From Octopus vulgaris (lineage: Eukaryota): a stretch of 64,000 bases of DNA. Where the stretch lies: assembly GCA_951406725.2 (NCBI GenBank), contig OX597816.1, forward strand, positions 178,498,001-178,562,000, written 5' to 3'. Made by a program: the position numbers and the translations under genes. Each line of letters begins with the position of its first letter. Position 1 is the stretch's first letter. The notes under the pieces are model-generated. The model had not been told where the DNA came from. It ran no database searches and saw only the letters and a list, made by a program, of their open reading frames with translations. Shown here one piece after another: positions 25,407 to 38,532 of this stretch.

Positions 25407-27203
25407 CTGTAAAAAAAGAGAAAGAAGAATATATGATAGTTTTTTTTTAGTATACTCAGAAAATTTAGATATAGTCACCACTGAAGAGTTAGAAAAATTT
25501 TAGCTTTATTTTGTAAAATTTATTATTTGCTATGACAAGAAATTGGCACTACCTGTTGGTTTTTGACATCAAACATATAAACACACATAAAACAACAATA
25601 GGTAGCAAAGTACATATCTGGAATATCAAAGAAATATGATTTTCATGACAAAAATAGCAACATTTATTCCTTTAGAAATATATACATAGAGAGGGAGAGA
25701 GGCAGAATGTGTGTGAACGTGCAGATTCAAATGAGTCACTGGTTATCTGGGGCATGGAGGGGCATGGGTGGAAAGGAATAGGAGTTATAGAAATATAAGG
25801 AAAGATGAAGAGAAAAAACAATGTCATTTCATACTTGAAAAAAAACAAAAAACTTTCTCATTATTTGTCATTAACTATTTGGAACGAAAGCTTATTCAGG
25901 CTGCTTCTTTGAAGATGGAGTCACTTAAGAGGTATAAAAGAATAAAGGTTTTCTTATTAAAATTCTGTTAAAAAATATATGAATCTCAGTAAAGAAAAGC
26001 AATTCATATACTCTCAAAGATATTAATTATTTTGTCTTGCTAGCACAAAAATGATCCAATTGTCCTGAATGGATTGATTTAATGGTGAAAGAAATGTCAT
26101 TATTCATCTGCCTACTTATTTTCATGTGATACTTTGATGTTATGTATCCCATTGCTAATGTTACATAAAATATTATTTGAATGCCTTGATTAGATGCATT
26201 AAGATGCATCTTGTGAAGGGCATGTTTGCAGATTAAGTAACGCAGCTTAAAGGCCACAGTGTCAGACCAATTCCTTTCATCCAACACATTGGTTGAACAT
26301 TCTTCCTCCACTACCATTATTGTCAACAACTGAAAAGTGAAGTAGTCCTTGAGTTCACATACCTTAGCTCTGTTATCACAGACAGAATCTCTCTTAAATC
26401 TGTGATTAACAGATGGATTGGTAGACAGAACAACCTCAACACTTACTAGGCTAACAAAGAGTCTGGGAGAACAGTAAACTAATGACATACACCATAGTTA
26501 TACTATACATAGCCTGTATCTCCACTACACTACTTAATGAAAGCAAGACCTGGAGCCTTTACTCCACACAAGGGCAGCATTTCAATGCTTTCTACCTTCA
26601 CAGCCTGAGATGCAGCCTAGACATGAAATAGATTGACCAAGTCTCCAACAATTAGGTTTTATCTTGTGCCCAAATATCCAACCCCTTTATGCTGCTCCAA
26701 CAAGGATGTTTCCTTGGCTGGGCCATATACTCTCTACGTCAAATTGAAGGATCCTGAAAGACCTGCATCAGAGGGAGTTAGCCTCTGATAAGAGAGCATA
26801 CTCTTGTTTTAAATGTCTACAAATCAAACAAAGTTATTGGATATGAACATAAAGAAATGAAAGGAGATTGTGATCATTTTTGGTATTGAACTAGAGAGGA
26901 GAAACTGAGACTTGCTGCTGTAGAAAAGTGTACTGAATGAAAAGCAACACCAGGACAACACTAAGCAGATAATGCTTTCAGATACAATCACAGCAACTGG
27001 AATTGTCAATGCTGAGTGGGCCTCTATAGCCACAGTAGATGCAACTTTACCAATTCTCCAACAAAACCAGGTACAAGTTTTGGATCCCTAGCATAGATTC
27101 ATAGTCTAACAAGACTAATGGCTGCCATACACACTCAATAAATATATTGTTATTATGGGGATTACCTCACAAATATTATGAAAATATTTTTGTATACAGA
27201 ATA

Positions 27204-27455
27204 CATCATCGTTTAACGTCCGCTTTCCATGCTAGCATGGGTTGGACGGTTCAACTGGGGTCTGGCAAGCCCGAAGGCTACACCAGGCCAGTCAGATCTG
27301 GCAGTGTTTCTACAGCTGGATGCCCTTCCTAACGCCAACCACTCCGAGAGTGTAGTGGGTGATTTTATGTGCTACCGACACAGGTGCCAGACGAGGCTGC
27401 CAGACGGCCACGCTCGGATGGTGTTTTTTATGTGCCACCGACACAGGTGCCAGAT
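27204..27455 (-). mobile_element. RTE 3' tail fragment
   Basis: Reverse complement of the RTE 3' UTR, with two repeat modules. Confidence 0.85.
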
Positions 27456-27493
27456 GGTATTTAATTTAATTTATATGACTTTTATCTCTAATT

Positions 27494-29318
27494 GATGACC
27501 TTGCTCTAATTACTGAGGAAAAGAGCTAGAGGAAAAGTTTCAGGTGTGAAAACAAGGATTAGAATTGAAGGGCCTTAGAGTCAACCTAGCAAAAACCAAA
27601 GTCCTAATAAGTAGGAAAGCAGGCAAACCACAAATCCCTTCAGGTAGATGGTCCTGCTCGATCTGTAGAAAAGGCATAGGTAGAAACTTCATAAGATATA
27701 CCCAGTGTAAGCTATGGACACATAAGAGGTGCAGCAATATCAAAGGAAGGCTAATTGGGAAGATAGTTTTTGTATGTGGCAGATGCTCAGGAGCAATAAA
27801 CACTGAAAATGTGCAGAGAACAGCTTCTGTCACATTCCAGGGAGAAAAACTAGAAGTAGTTGATAGCTTCCATTACCTAGGTGACCAAGTCAGTAGCAGG
27901 GGTGGATGCTCTGAGAGTGTAGCTGCTAGAATAAGAATAACCTGGGCAGAGTTCAGAGAGATCCTACCTCTGCTGGTGACAAAGGGCTTCTCGCTCAGAG
28001 TAAAAGGTAGACTGTATGATGCATGTGCGCGAACAGCCATGCTACATGGCAGTGAAAGATGGGCCATGACTGCTGAGGACAGGTAAGCTCTGCTGGATGT
28101 GTAATGTCAGTGTGCATACACAACAGAGTGTAAGCACCCTGAGAGAAAAGTTGGATTTAAGAAGCATCAGATGTGGTGTGCAAGAGAGACGACTGCACTG
28201 GTATGGTCATGTGTTGCGAATGAATGAGGACAGCTGTGTGAAAAAGTGTCACACCCTAGCAGATGAGGGAATCTGTGGAAGAGGTAGAACCAGGAAAACC
28301 TGGGATGAGGTGGTGAAGCATGACCTTTGAACATTGGGCCTTACCAAGGAAATGACTAGTGACCAGAACTTTTGGAGATATGCTGTGCTTGAGAAGACCG
28401 GACAAGCCAAGTGAGACCATATGCCATTGGGTGTAACCAGCTCATTTATAAATACCCCTCATTTATGGACAATAAACCTTGCTTGTGAAGCAAGTGAAAT
28501 CAAAATCAAAATTGCTGACGTGGCTGATGATAGTACTGCCTGATTGGCACTCGTGCCAGTGGAACGTTAAAAGCACATCCGAACGTGGGGTGTAATCGGC
28601 CCACTTATGAGTACCTCTCATTTATTGGACAATGAACTTAGCTTGCAAAGACCTATTGAGGCAAGTGTAAACAAACCAAAATTGTTGAAGTGGCTGATGA
28701 CAGTACCAACTGATTGGCACTTGTGCCAGTGGGTATTGCCTGATTGGCGCTCGTACCAGTGGAACGTTATAAGCACATCCGAGCGTGACCGTTACCAGGG
28801 CCATGGATTATTGCCAGCGTTGCCTTACTGGCACATGTGCCAGTGGCAAAAGAAAAACAACATTCGAGTGTGGTCATTGCCAGTACCGCTGGACTGGCTG
28901 CTGTACAGGTACCACGTAAAAACACCTTTTGAGCATGGTCATTGCCAGTACCGCTGGACTGGCTGCTGTACAGGTACCACGTAAAAACACCTTTTGAGCA
29001 TGGTCATTGCCAGAAGCGTCTGACTGGCCCTTGTGCCGGTGGCACATAAAAAGTACCCACTACTCTCAGAGCAGTTGACATTAGGAAGGGCATCCAGCTG
29101 TAGAAACTTTGCCAGATCAGACTGAGCCTGGTGCAGCCTCTGACTCACCAGTCCTCAGTCAAACCATCCAACTCATGCCAAAATGGAAAGCGGACGTTAA
29201 AAGATGATGATGATAATGATGATGATGATGACTATGACGATGATGATGATGATGATAATGACGATGATGATAATGACGATGATGATGATGATGATGATGA
29301 TAAGGATGATGATGATGA
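27494..29318 (+). mobile_element. 5'-truncated RTE LINE copy 2 with expanded (GAT)n tail
   Basis: Starts at the DD of YADD, is colinear with 10944-12555, has internal deletions, and ends in ~115 bp of imperfect (GAT)n at 29203-29318. Confidence 0.93.
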
Positions 29319-30399
29319 CTTTTATCTCCCAATGGCACATAGTTGCTCTTATGCAGAAGATTTGAGCGGCTCTCCGTTGTGTTTCACAGTATCTTATAGA
29401 TGTTGCGCTTCAATAATTCCTGCCTGTCTGATATTACAACACAATAGAATTTTGTAATGAAATGATTGAAGCAATTCTGTGTAATTCATTTATCTTTATT
29501 GTTATTTTACACCATGCTAGAAATTCTCTTCAACTTTGGATACTCTTGGATTTGCAGTTTACCAAACACCAGTGGAGATACTGGATTGTTTACCTGTTGA
29601 TTTGTGTTTTTCCATTAATGTGGTGTGTTTCATTTTGATAGGCACCCCAGTGTTAACTGATCCCCTTTAAACTGTGCGTGTGCATGTGTGTGCGTGTGTA
29701 AAACAAAAATGAGCTAAGAGAAATAAATTAGGGTGTCATGTATTTGAACAACATAGAAAAATACAAGTATATCAAATACCATATAACATAAATTCTTGAT
29801 TTATTGAAATTATCCCTGCCTCTAAAAAATGTGTCATAATTACCAAATGGCAATTACACTATATATACATACACACACATATATATATATCATAATCATC
29901 CTCATCAGCAACAAATATTTGCATCCACATGTCTGTGATGGCATGGGTGGGATAGTTTTTGTAAGACAGCGTTTTATAAGCAGATACCTTTCTTGCTGCC
30001 AACAAGCAGTGGTCTTGTACATACTCAACTAGATATCAACAGCAGGCGACCATTATTTCCACTTATCTATTTTATATACATGATACGTGTGCACTTGCAT
30101 GTGTACAGATTGGAGTATACAGTATTATAGATCCATTACAGCCAATCCTACCAATTGGTTTTGCACAGGATATTAGATAACCAGATTATGTATAACTGTG
30201 TTCATCAGAGATGGCTAATATAAAAAAAATAGCTACTGTAATGCATCTATAAATATTTTATACTTTGGTTAGTATAACCAATGTACTGAAAAATATACAA
30301 GTGTGTATTTTTCTGACTTACTTTCCAGACTGGTGTGTGTGAGAAAGAGGGAGAGGGAGAAAGAGACGGGGGGAGAGGAATACAGAGCCAGACTAAGAA

Positions 30400-30905
30400 C
30401 AATGTGGAAAATTTTCAGGGAGCTATTATTACTTTTGGCAAAAAGGGGTTTCTACCTTTGAGTGAAGATTGTTTTGTACATTGCTTTTGCATGTCTGAAG
30501 TGCAATACTGCATTGCAGCAAGACTGACATTAAATACAGAGGATGAGTGGAGGTTGGAGAGGAATGGAGTATGCTCTAATGACTATATAATGTATATGAA
30601 TGAGAAAAACTGGTCATATGAGAAATTTGATGTATTGGGGACAAGAGACAACTGTGTTGATATGGACTGTGTAATATGTACAAATGATGAGAGATGAGTG
30701 AAGAAGTGCCAAGAGATCCATGTGGAAGGAAACCGTGCAAAAGGATCATCAAGCAGATGTGGTGAAAGGCAATTTCAGGATGTTGCACCTCAGAAAGAAG
30801 ATGACAAAGGAACACAACAAATGGCAAGGTGCTGTGTTGGGGCAGACCAGTGGAAAAGCAGATATAGATGATGGTGATGATGATGATGATGATGATGTTG
30901 ATGAT
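30400..30905 (+). mobile_element. Highly decayed RTE 3' end
   Basis: Remnants KKGFLPL, LNTEDEWRLERN, CGRK..RIIKQMW, and a (GAT)n tail. Confidence 0.5.
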
Positions 30906-31297
30906 GCCGGTGGTGATTATGTTGACAAGAACTAGAGTAAAGGTTGTTTCTAAAATGTCTCTGTTTATTTTATTTTTAGTTCATAAAATAAAACAAGAAA
31001 ACAAGAAATAGAGACTCAACAGCTATTAGATACATATAGGAACACTAAAACATGTTTTAACTGGACAATTGTTTCATGAGCAAAGGTTTCTGCAACTTAA
31101 ATATATTTATTGAAAACATGACTTCATTTTTCTAATGAATGCAATATGATTATTTTTTTTAATTCTCTATCACAACAGGTGAACAATAGCCTCATTAATT
31201 TCAGGTTTCCAACGAGCCAATTACTGGTTCACTACATTTCTGATGGTGAGAGAGACAAGAGTGTAACCTGATGCAAAATAAATATTGTGAAGGACTC

Positions 31298-31520
31298 TTA
31301 ACCCTTTTGTTACCTTACTTCTGCACACTACCTCTGTTTCAATTAATTTTGAAAATAATGAAAGATTTATGATATAACCTTGCAGTTAACAAGCTGGTGT
31401 TGGGAAGAAATTAGCATGAAATTTTAAAGGGAGGTTTTAATTTAGATCACTTTTAAATGGGGAGTTTGTGTAACAGAAGCAAGGGCAGTCCCCAAAAAGG
31501 TTGGTATCAAAAGAGTGAAG
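31298..31520. mobile_element. TTAA-type MITE
   Basis: Ends ttaacccttttgttacc ... ggtatcaaaagagtgaa; same family as 14078 and 45558. Confidence 0.6.
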
Positions 31521-32559
31521 CTAATACAAAATAAGTTCCTTTGATTATCATTTAGTAGCCAGTGACAAGTGTTTTCTATAAAATGGTTAACAATACCCTA
31601 CAAAAATCTAACAAGCTCTTTGACATATACTTTTTCAATGTTCTGAAAACCACATAGATGTGTAACATTCCACTTCAAAGTTAAAAACATTATGGACCAA
31701 AAGAATTTTTACATATTAATCAAGACCCAACCATGTCCCAACATTGAATGCTATTTCCATAACTAGGACAAGGCAGTACAACTTTTGAATATAAGAAAAG
31801 AAAAAAGATATTTTCATATATAATAAATTCTTCACTGAACAAGTTCTACTTCTTGCACAATATCTGTCTGTTGTGTTTTACCATTGCCTTCTACAATTAC
31901 TACACACAGTGGGCCTATTTCTGTCAATCTATATAATGATTCACTAAGGCCAAATATATGATGCTGTACATGGTTAGTTGAAGGGAGAAATGAAAAGAGA
32001 GAGCAAAGAGTATTAGTGGTGGGAGCTAGGAGAAAGGCAGAGCTATAATATTATGGGATTAAATAGTTAGTTAAAGAAAGATAGAAAGATAGAAAGAGGG
32101 AGTACAACACACCTGTCTTTCTGCTTCTTATAATTTATTTCCTTACTAAGACTTTGCAGAGAACATCACCCACAACAGTTCTATCCACAAGTGAGATCAT
32201 CTGGAATTTGACTTTCACTGATTTCTTATGTTCAAATATCACTTCTGATTCAAGCCTTTTCCACCACTCCTAGACAACCTGCCAACCCTTTTATGATAGA
32301 AATGCATTATTTAGGAACTTCTTTTCCAACTATTAACCTGTACTCAATCAAATTAACTCTTAATTGAACTACATTTCCCAATTATTCTTATGTCTAAGAG
32401 ACTAAAACTCTCACAATAATTCATAATAAAGACTTAAATGTAAACAATCAACTAGAAATGTCTAGTAAAAAAATTGCAAAGAAGATAGGTTAATCCATAC
32501 TTGAAACATAGTCTCAATATAATTAGGTCTTTAACCATACTTTTTCAACAGTTACTTAC

Positions 32560-32657
32560 CAAAAGTTGTTGAATAATTTTATTCCATGGTTTCACATCAT
32601 AGACTTTACATCCCTTTTTGTAAGCATCAACAAGTTCTTCCGCAGTACAAATTGGTG
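32560..32657 (-). CDS. PPP1R37: PPP1R37-like coding exon 2
   Basis: Acceptor ttccttag, donor gtaagt. Encodes (A)PICTAEELVDAYKKGCKVYDVKPWNKIIQQLL; 98 nt, phase 1 to 0, compatible with exon 1. Confidence 0.88.
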
Positions 32658-32698
32658 CTAAGGAAAAAGAATAATACATTTAGATACATACATATATA

Positions 32699-32926
32699 TT
32701 TCTTTATTGCCCACAAGGGGCTAAACATAGAGGGGACAAATAAGGACAGACAAAGGGATTAAGTCGATTACAACGACCCCAGTGCGAAACTGGTACTTTA
32801 TTTATCGACCCCGAAAGGATGAAAGGCAAAGTCGACCTTGGCGGAATTTGAACTCAGAACGGAGCGGCAGACGAAATAACGCTAAGCATTTCACCCGACA
32901 TGCTAACGATTCTGCCAGCTCGCCGC
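32699..32926 (-). mobile_element. tRNA-derived SINE, family B (GGCGAGCTGGCAGAA head; CCTTTCATCCTTTCGGGGTCGATAAA core)
   Basis: Reverse complement of the copy at 60963-61192. Confidence 0.88.
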
Positions 32927-33230
32927 CTATATATACAAATATATACATACATATATTTGTACACACACACACACATATGTATATTTACATGTTTGAATAA
33001 CATATATTTAAAATAGCAGCATTTGATACTGATATAGATTCATAGGAATAATTAAACAACAATTTCACAACACCATTTTCTTTTCTGTTAATTGAGCAAA
33101 AGAATACCTGTTGTTAAAGATCCTTTAATGAGTATACCTGTTTATATATATATATGTCAATATGTCTGGAGGGACGCTCTGTATGTAACAGCATATGACT
33201 GACTGCTTGCGTGAGTTTCAGTACACACAC

Positions 33231-33280
<50 letters not shown>

Positions 33281-33840
33281 CTGTAAATATAATATGTCAC
33301 AATTATTTAGTAGCCAGATTATATTTACAGATAAATTCCTCTATTTATATAATATCGAGGTCTATTTCATTCTTTTGTTGTATTGCCATTTCTATCAATA
33401 TATTGTTGCTATTATGTTACACTGTCGTAATAAAAGAATTAATTATTATTAATAAAAGAATTAATTGTTACACTGTCGTATGTCCAAATTTGGCCAAATG
33501 CGTTTTCTTCAATATAAATTTTTGCTTGTTCTTTTGCCAATTCTTTTGGTCAAACTATCGTATCTCCACCTGCTTTAGTTTTGCTATGGAATAGTGAAAC
33601 TATTTTTTCATTTTCTGAAAAATCAATGTTTTCAACTTATGACACTTTTGCTCAATAGCATCAATATATGTATACAAAACGTTATAAATAAGAACGGAGG
33701 GTTATACATCCTCAAATTTTTTTTTTTGGGGGGGGTGCTACTTAATTACATCAACCCCAGTGCTCGAGTGGTACTTGATTTATCAACCCCGAAAAGATGA
33801 AAGGCTAGGTTGATCTCAGTAGCATTTGGACTTAGAATGT

Positions 33841-34313
33841 AATCCAGAATAGTTATCCGGTACTGGATTGATCCCAAAATCTAATCAGTTTGTGCCAGTC
33901 ACAAGGCCAAACATCCCTGAATGTTTCGTCCGAATCCATCCAGTGGTTCTTGAGATATCTTGTCCATGGACCAACAAACAAACACAACTGAATACAATAC
34001 CTCTGCCCTCGCTAAGGAGGAGGTAATAAACCCGACTGCTCTCACAAATGAGAATACTAAAAATGAACTTGACCGCTCTCAAAAATTAAGTAAAAAAAAA
34101 CAGAAAAAAATAATCCAGAATCCTTATCTGGTACTGGATCAATCCCAAAATCTACTCAGATTGTGCCAGCCATGAGGCCAAACATCCCCGAAAACCTCAT
34201 CCAAATCCATCCAGTGGTACTTGAGATACCTTGTCCACCGACAAAGAAAGAAAGAAACAAACAAACACAATTGAAAAACAATACCTCTGCCTTTGCTAAG
34301 GTGGAGGTAATAA
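33841..34313 (-). mobile_element. Two tandem copies of a Helentron/HINE-like non-autonomous element end
   Basis: ~190-bp direct repeat (33841-34029, 34112-34313). Each copy ends in a TACCTCTGCC...GGAGGTAATAA hairpin next to a (CAAA)n microsatellite. Confidence 0.55.
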
Positions 34314-34983
34314 TAAAAACCTCCACTTCACATGGTGTCTTCAGAAAGCTTAAAGTGTAGTAGGTAGACTTACTATAGCCTCTTCATAACCACTCAAATC
34401 ACAAGCCAAATACATACAATACTCTACTTCCTAAATTTCTCTTTCCTCTCCCTTCATTTACCCTTGCCATCAAGTTGCATTCATCTCACACTAAAATTGT
34501 CGTAGCCTTTTCCCCCATCTCATGACACATAAATGAATGGCTAGATTCAACTTGAAAGTATTAAGATATAACTAGTTGATGAAATGCTACTTGAAAATTT
34601 GAAAGCTCATCTCATATTTAGTTACACTTGGCTTTGAAATAATACGTGTCCTCATTCCATTAAACCTTATATGAAATGAGAATGAATGATTTCACATAAA
34701 ATGCATTTAACAGCTTTTATGCCATCTATTTAATAGGAAAATGAAGCAGACACTACACAAGCACACAAACATACACACACATATATACATATACATACAC
34801 ACACATATACATATACATACATACATATACATATACATACACACACATATATACATATACATAAATTCATTTTTTAAATGTCTTGCTTTGAAGAACTGCA
34901 TTTAGATATGATTAGTGTAATTTTGGTAGTAATGACTTTGTCCCTCTTAGTGTGAGGCATTTATGTGTAATAATGCCCTCTAT

Positions 34984-35037
<54 letters not shown>

Positions 35038-35263
35038 TAAATTAGAGATAGATAAAACCACTATTAGGCAAATCAAACAATGAAAAACTTAAGCCAATAC
35101 ATAAAATTAATTAATTTATATTATTTTAAATATATATCAAAAGTATTAAAAGTTTAATAAAAGATAATCTCTAATTTAATATAATATAATATTTTACTAT
35201 AAAATTGGATTCAATCCTAAATCTGATTTTCCCCTGTAAGTTTGGATTTATTCCCTAATATTT

Positions 35264-35304
<41 letters not shown>

Positions 35305-35538
35305 ATCCAAACAAGAAAGCACAAAAAAACACAACAACGCGAGGATGTGGAACAAATATAGTATTATTGGACGCTCAGGAAAGAAGGAAAGAAGGAGGGT
35401 TTAAAGTTTCGAGCAGAGCTCTTTGTCGGAAACATAGGAGAAGGAAAGATCCAGAGAAGGGAAGACAGAGGAAAAAAATCGCCAACGGTACACACAAGGT
35501 CACATTTTGAAAGTGTATATATATATACACACACATGT

Positions 35539-35920
35539 GGAAGCACAATGGCCCAGCAGTTAGGGCAGTGGGCTCGCGGTCGTAGGATCGCGGTTTCGAT
35601 TTCCAGACTGGGTGTTATGAGTGTTTATTGAGCGAAAACATCTAAAGCTCCATGAGGCTCTGGTAGGGGGTGGTGGTGAACCCTGCTGTACTCTTTCCCC
35701 ACATCTTTCTCTCAATCTTTCTTCCTGTTTCTGTTGTACCTGTATTTCAAAGGGGCCAGCCTTGCCACACTCTGTCATGCTAAATCTCCCTGAGAACCAT
35801 GTTAAGGGTACACGTGTCTGTGGAGTGGCCAGCCACTTGCATGTTAATTTCACAAGCAGGCTGTTCCGTTGATCGCATCAACTGGAACCCTCATCGTCAT
35901 AACTGATGGAGTCCCACGGT
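35539..35920 (+). mobile_element. tRNA-derived SINE, family C
   Basis: tRNA-like head TGGCCCAGCAGTTAGGGCAG...GGTTTCGATTTCC followed by a distinct body. Confidence 0.7.
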
Positions 35921-36004
35921 ATACACACATATTATAATTACATATATACACACACACACACACAGATACATACACATACATATAAACATACATACATATA
36001 CACA

Positions 36005-37312
36005 CTAATAGCTGAGTCACTATCAGAATTAGAGAAGTTTTAGGTGTGGAAGCAAGTTCTAGAGTTGAAGGGCCTTAGAGTCAATCTAGCAAAAACTGAA
36101 GTTTTAGTAAGTAGGAAGGCAGACAAATCACAAATCCCTTCAGGTAGATGGCTTAGGTAGAAACTCCATAAAATGTACCTAGTCTAAGCTATGGACACAT
36201 AAATATGCAGCAATATCAAAGGAAGGCTAACTGGGAAGATAGTTTTTGTATGTGGCAAATGCTCAGGGGCAATAAACACTGAAAGTGTGCAGAAAACAGC
36301 TTCCGTCACATGCCAGGGGATAAAACTATAAGTAGTTGATAGCTTCCATTACCTAGGTGACCAAGTCAGTAGCAGGTGTGGATGCTCTGAGAGTGTAGCT
36401 GCCAGAATAAGAATAGCCTGTGCAAAGTTCAGAGAGCTCTTACTCTTGCTCAGAGTAAAAGGTAGACTATATGACGCATATGTGCGAACAGTCATGCTAC
36501 ATCGCAGTGAAACATAGCCGTGCTAGATGTGTAATGTCAGTGTGCATACACAACAGAGTGTAAGTGCCTTGAGAGAAAGGTTGGCCATAAGAAGCATCAG
36601 ATGTGGTGTGCAAGAGAGACGACTGTTCTGGTATGGACATGTGGTAAGAATGGATGAGGATAGCTGTGTGAAAAAATTTCACACCCTAGCGATTGAGGGA
36701 ACCTGTGGAAGAGGTAGGACCAGGAAGACCTAGGATGAGATGATGAAGCACAACCTTTGAACATTGAGCCTCAGAGAGGCGATGACAAGTGACCGAGACC
36801 TTTGGAGATATGCTGTGCTTGAAAAGACCCAGCAAGCCAAGTGAGACTGTAACCGTGGCCTATGCCAGTGCAGCATAGCCAGCCCATTTAAGAGTACCCT
36901 TCAATCATTGGGCAATAAGCTGTGCTTACGAAGACCTGTTGAATCAAGTGAAGTCATTGTTGTGGCCAATGCCGGTGCTGTCTGACTGGCACCCATGTTG
37001 GTGGCATATAAAAAGCACCATTCGAGCATGGTTGTTGCCAGTGCTGCCTGACTGGCTCCTGTGCTGGTGGCACATAAAAAGTACCATTCAAGCCTGGTTG
37101 ATGCCAGTGCTGGGTGACTGGTCCTCATGCCGGTGACATGTAAAAAGCACCCACTACACACTCGGAGTGGTTGGTGTTAGGAAGAGCATCCAGTGGTAGA
37201 AACTTTGCCAGATCAGAGTGAGCCTGGTACAGCCTTCTGGGTCGCCAGTCCTCAGTCAAATTGTCCAACCCATGCCAGCATGGAAAGCGGGCGGTAAAAG
37301 ATGATGATGATG
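36005..37312 (+). mobile_element. 5'-truncated RTE LINE copy 3
   Basis: Colinear with copies 1 and 2 from LIAES onward, with multiple stops and deletions and a (GAT)n tail. Confidence 0.92.
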
Positions 37313-38532
37313 ATATACACACATGCACACACACACATGTGTATACATCTGTACATGCATAAACATGTACATATACATATATATATACATACATACATAT
37401 GCACACATACACACAGATATATGAACAAGAAAAACTGAAGACTGCTGAAACAATAGATCACTGAAACAAATTATGAGTTTGTTAGGCATAAAACATACAT
37501 AAAGTTAACTATAACAACTACTTTTCCTTAACAGTAAACCACGTTCTATTCTATATATTTGCTCCACTAAATAAAATGCTTAAGCTGACCAATCCTGTAT
37601 CTTTAAATGTGTTAAATACAATAAATACTTCAGATTCTTTAGTAATGTAAGGTATTATAATAAATGGCTTTTAATACTCATGAAACTCATTGTTAGATAT
37701 GTGTCATGACCCAAACTCAAGTTCTCAAGAGTTTTTCTTTTTTATAAACCTCAACCAGTCTTCAATTATAAATCATTTTTGTACCAACAAATGTTTGTTT
37801 CTTTGTGTAGTCAGGTCAATCTTTGTATTTTTTCAGCTTATACATTTGTTTGTGATTTTGTTCCCTCCAAATTAATTATATTGTTAGGGTTGCTTTTTTT
37901 TTGTTTTTAATCCCTTAGTTACTTAAAATATTTTTCCTTTTAAGTTTTTTTTTTTTATAAAATTTCACCAGTTTCTTTTTTTTTTTGTGTGTAACAAAGA
38001 GATTTAGTCATGTCAATTCACTAATACCTTGTTGAGTCAAATGATTTGTTTCGTATTCAACGACAAGTGTAATGCTTATTCTTTTCTTCTTTTACATGCT
38101 GGGGCATAGCCTTGAACTTTTAGCCAAATGACTGTGAAAACACTGGACTGTGAAAACACTGGGGCAGCACCTGGAAGGGTTTTAGCTGAATGAATTCAGT
38201 CTCTTATACTAAACTTCTAAACAAACCAAACAAGTTGTCAAGTGGGACAAAGACAAACACAAAGAAAAACACACATCAATTTAATACACAACCAAAAGAG
38301 CTATTAATAGTTTCATACTTTTATGATACTTTAACCAGGCATATTTATAAAATATGGCCTGTATCTCCAAACACTCTTTCAGGCTCGGTTTATGCATGAA
38401 ACCATTAGCAACTCTTTCAATTATGTATTAAATTGATAATTATCTCTTACTGGATACTTTTTTTGTTGATTTTACCTATATTGGATGGATCTGTCTGTCT
38501 GTCTGTCTCTCTCCTCTCTCTCTATATATATA

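Noticed and set aside
26027-27130. 153-aa minus-strand ORF and neighbours
   Set aside because: The region looks like a heavily decayed LINE 5'/endonuclease segment. It has no clear motif and does not fit the host exon phases.
29131-29457. Poly-Asp ORF
   Set aside because: It is a translation of the expanded (GAT)n RTE tail.
35539-35610. Possible tRNA gene
   Set aside because: The cloverleaf is incomplete and continues into a SINE body, so it is a SINE head.
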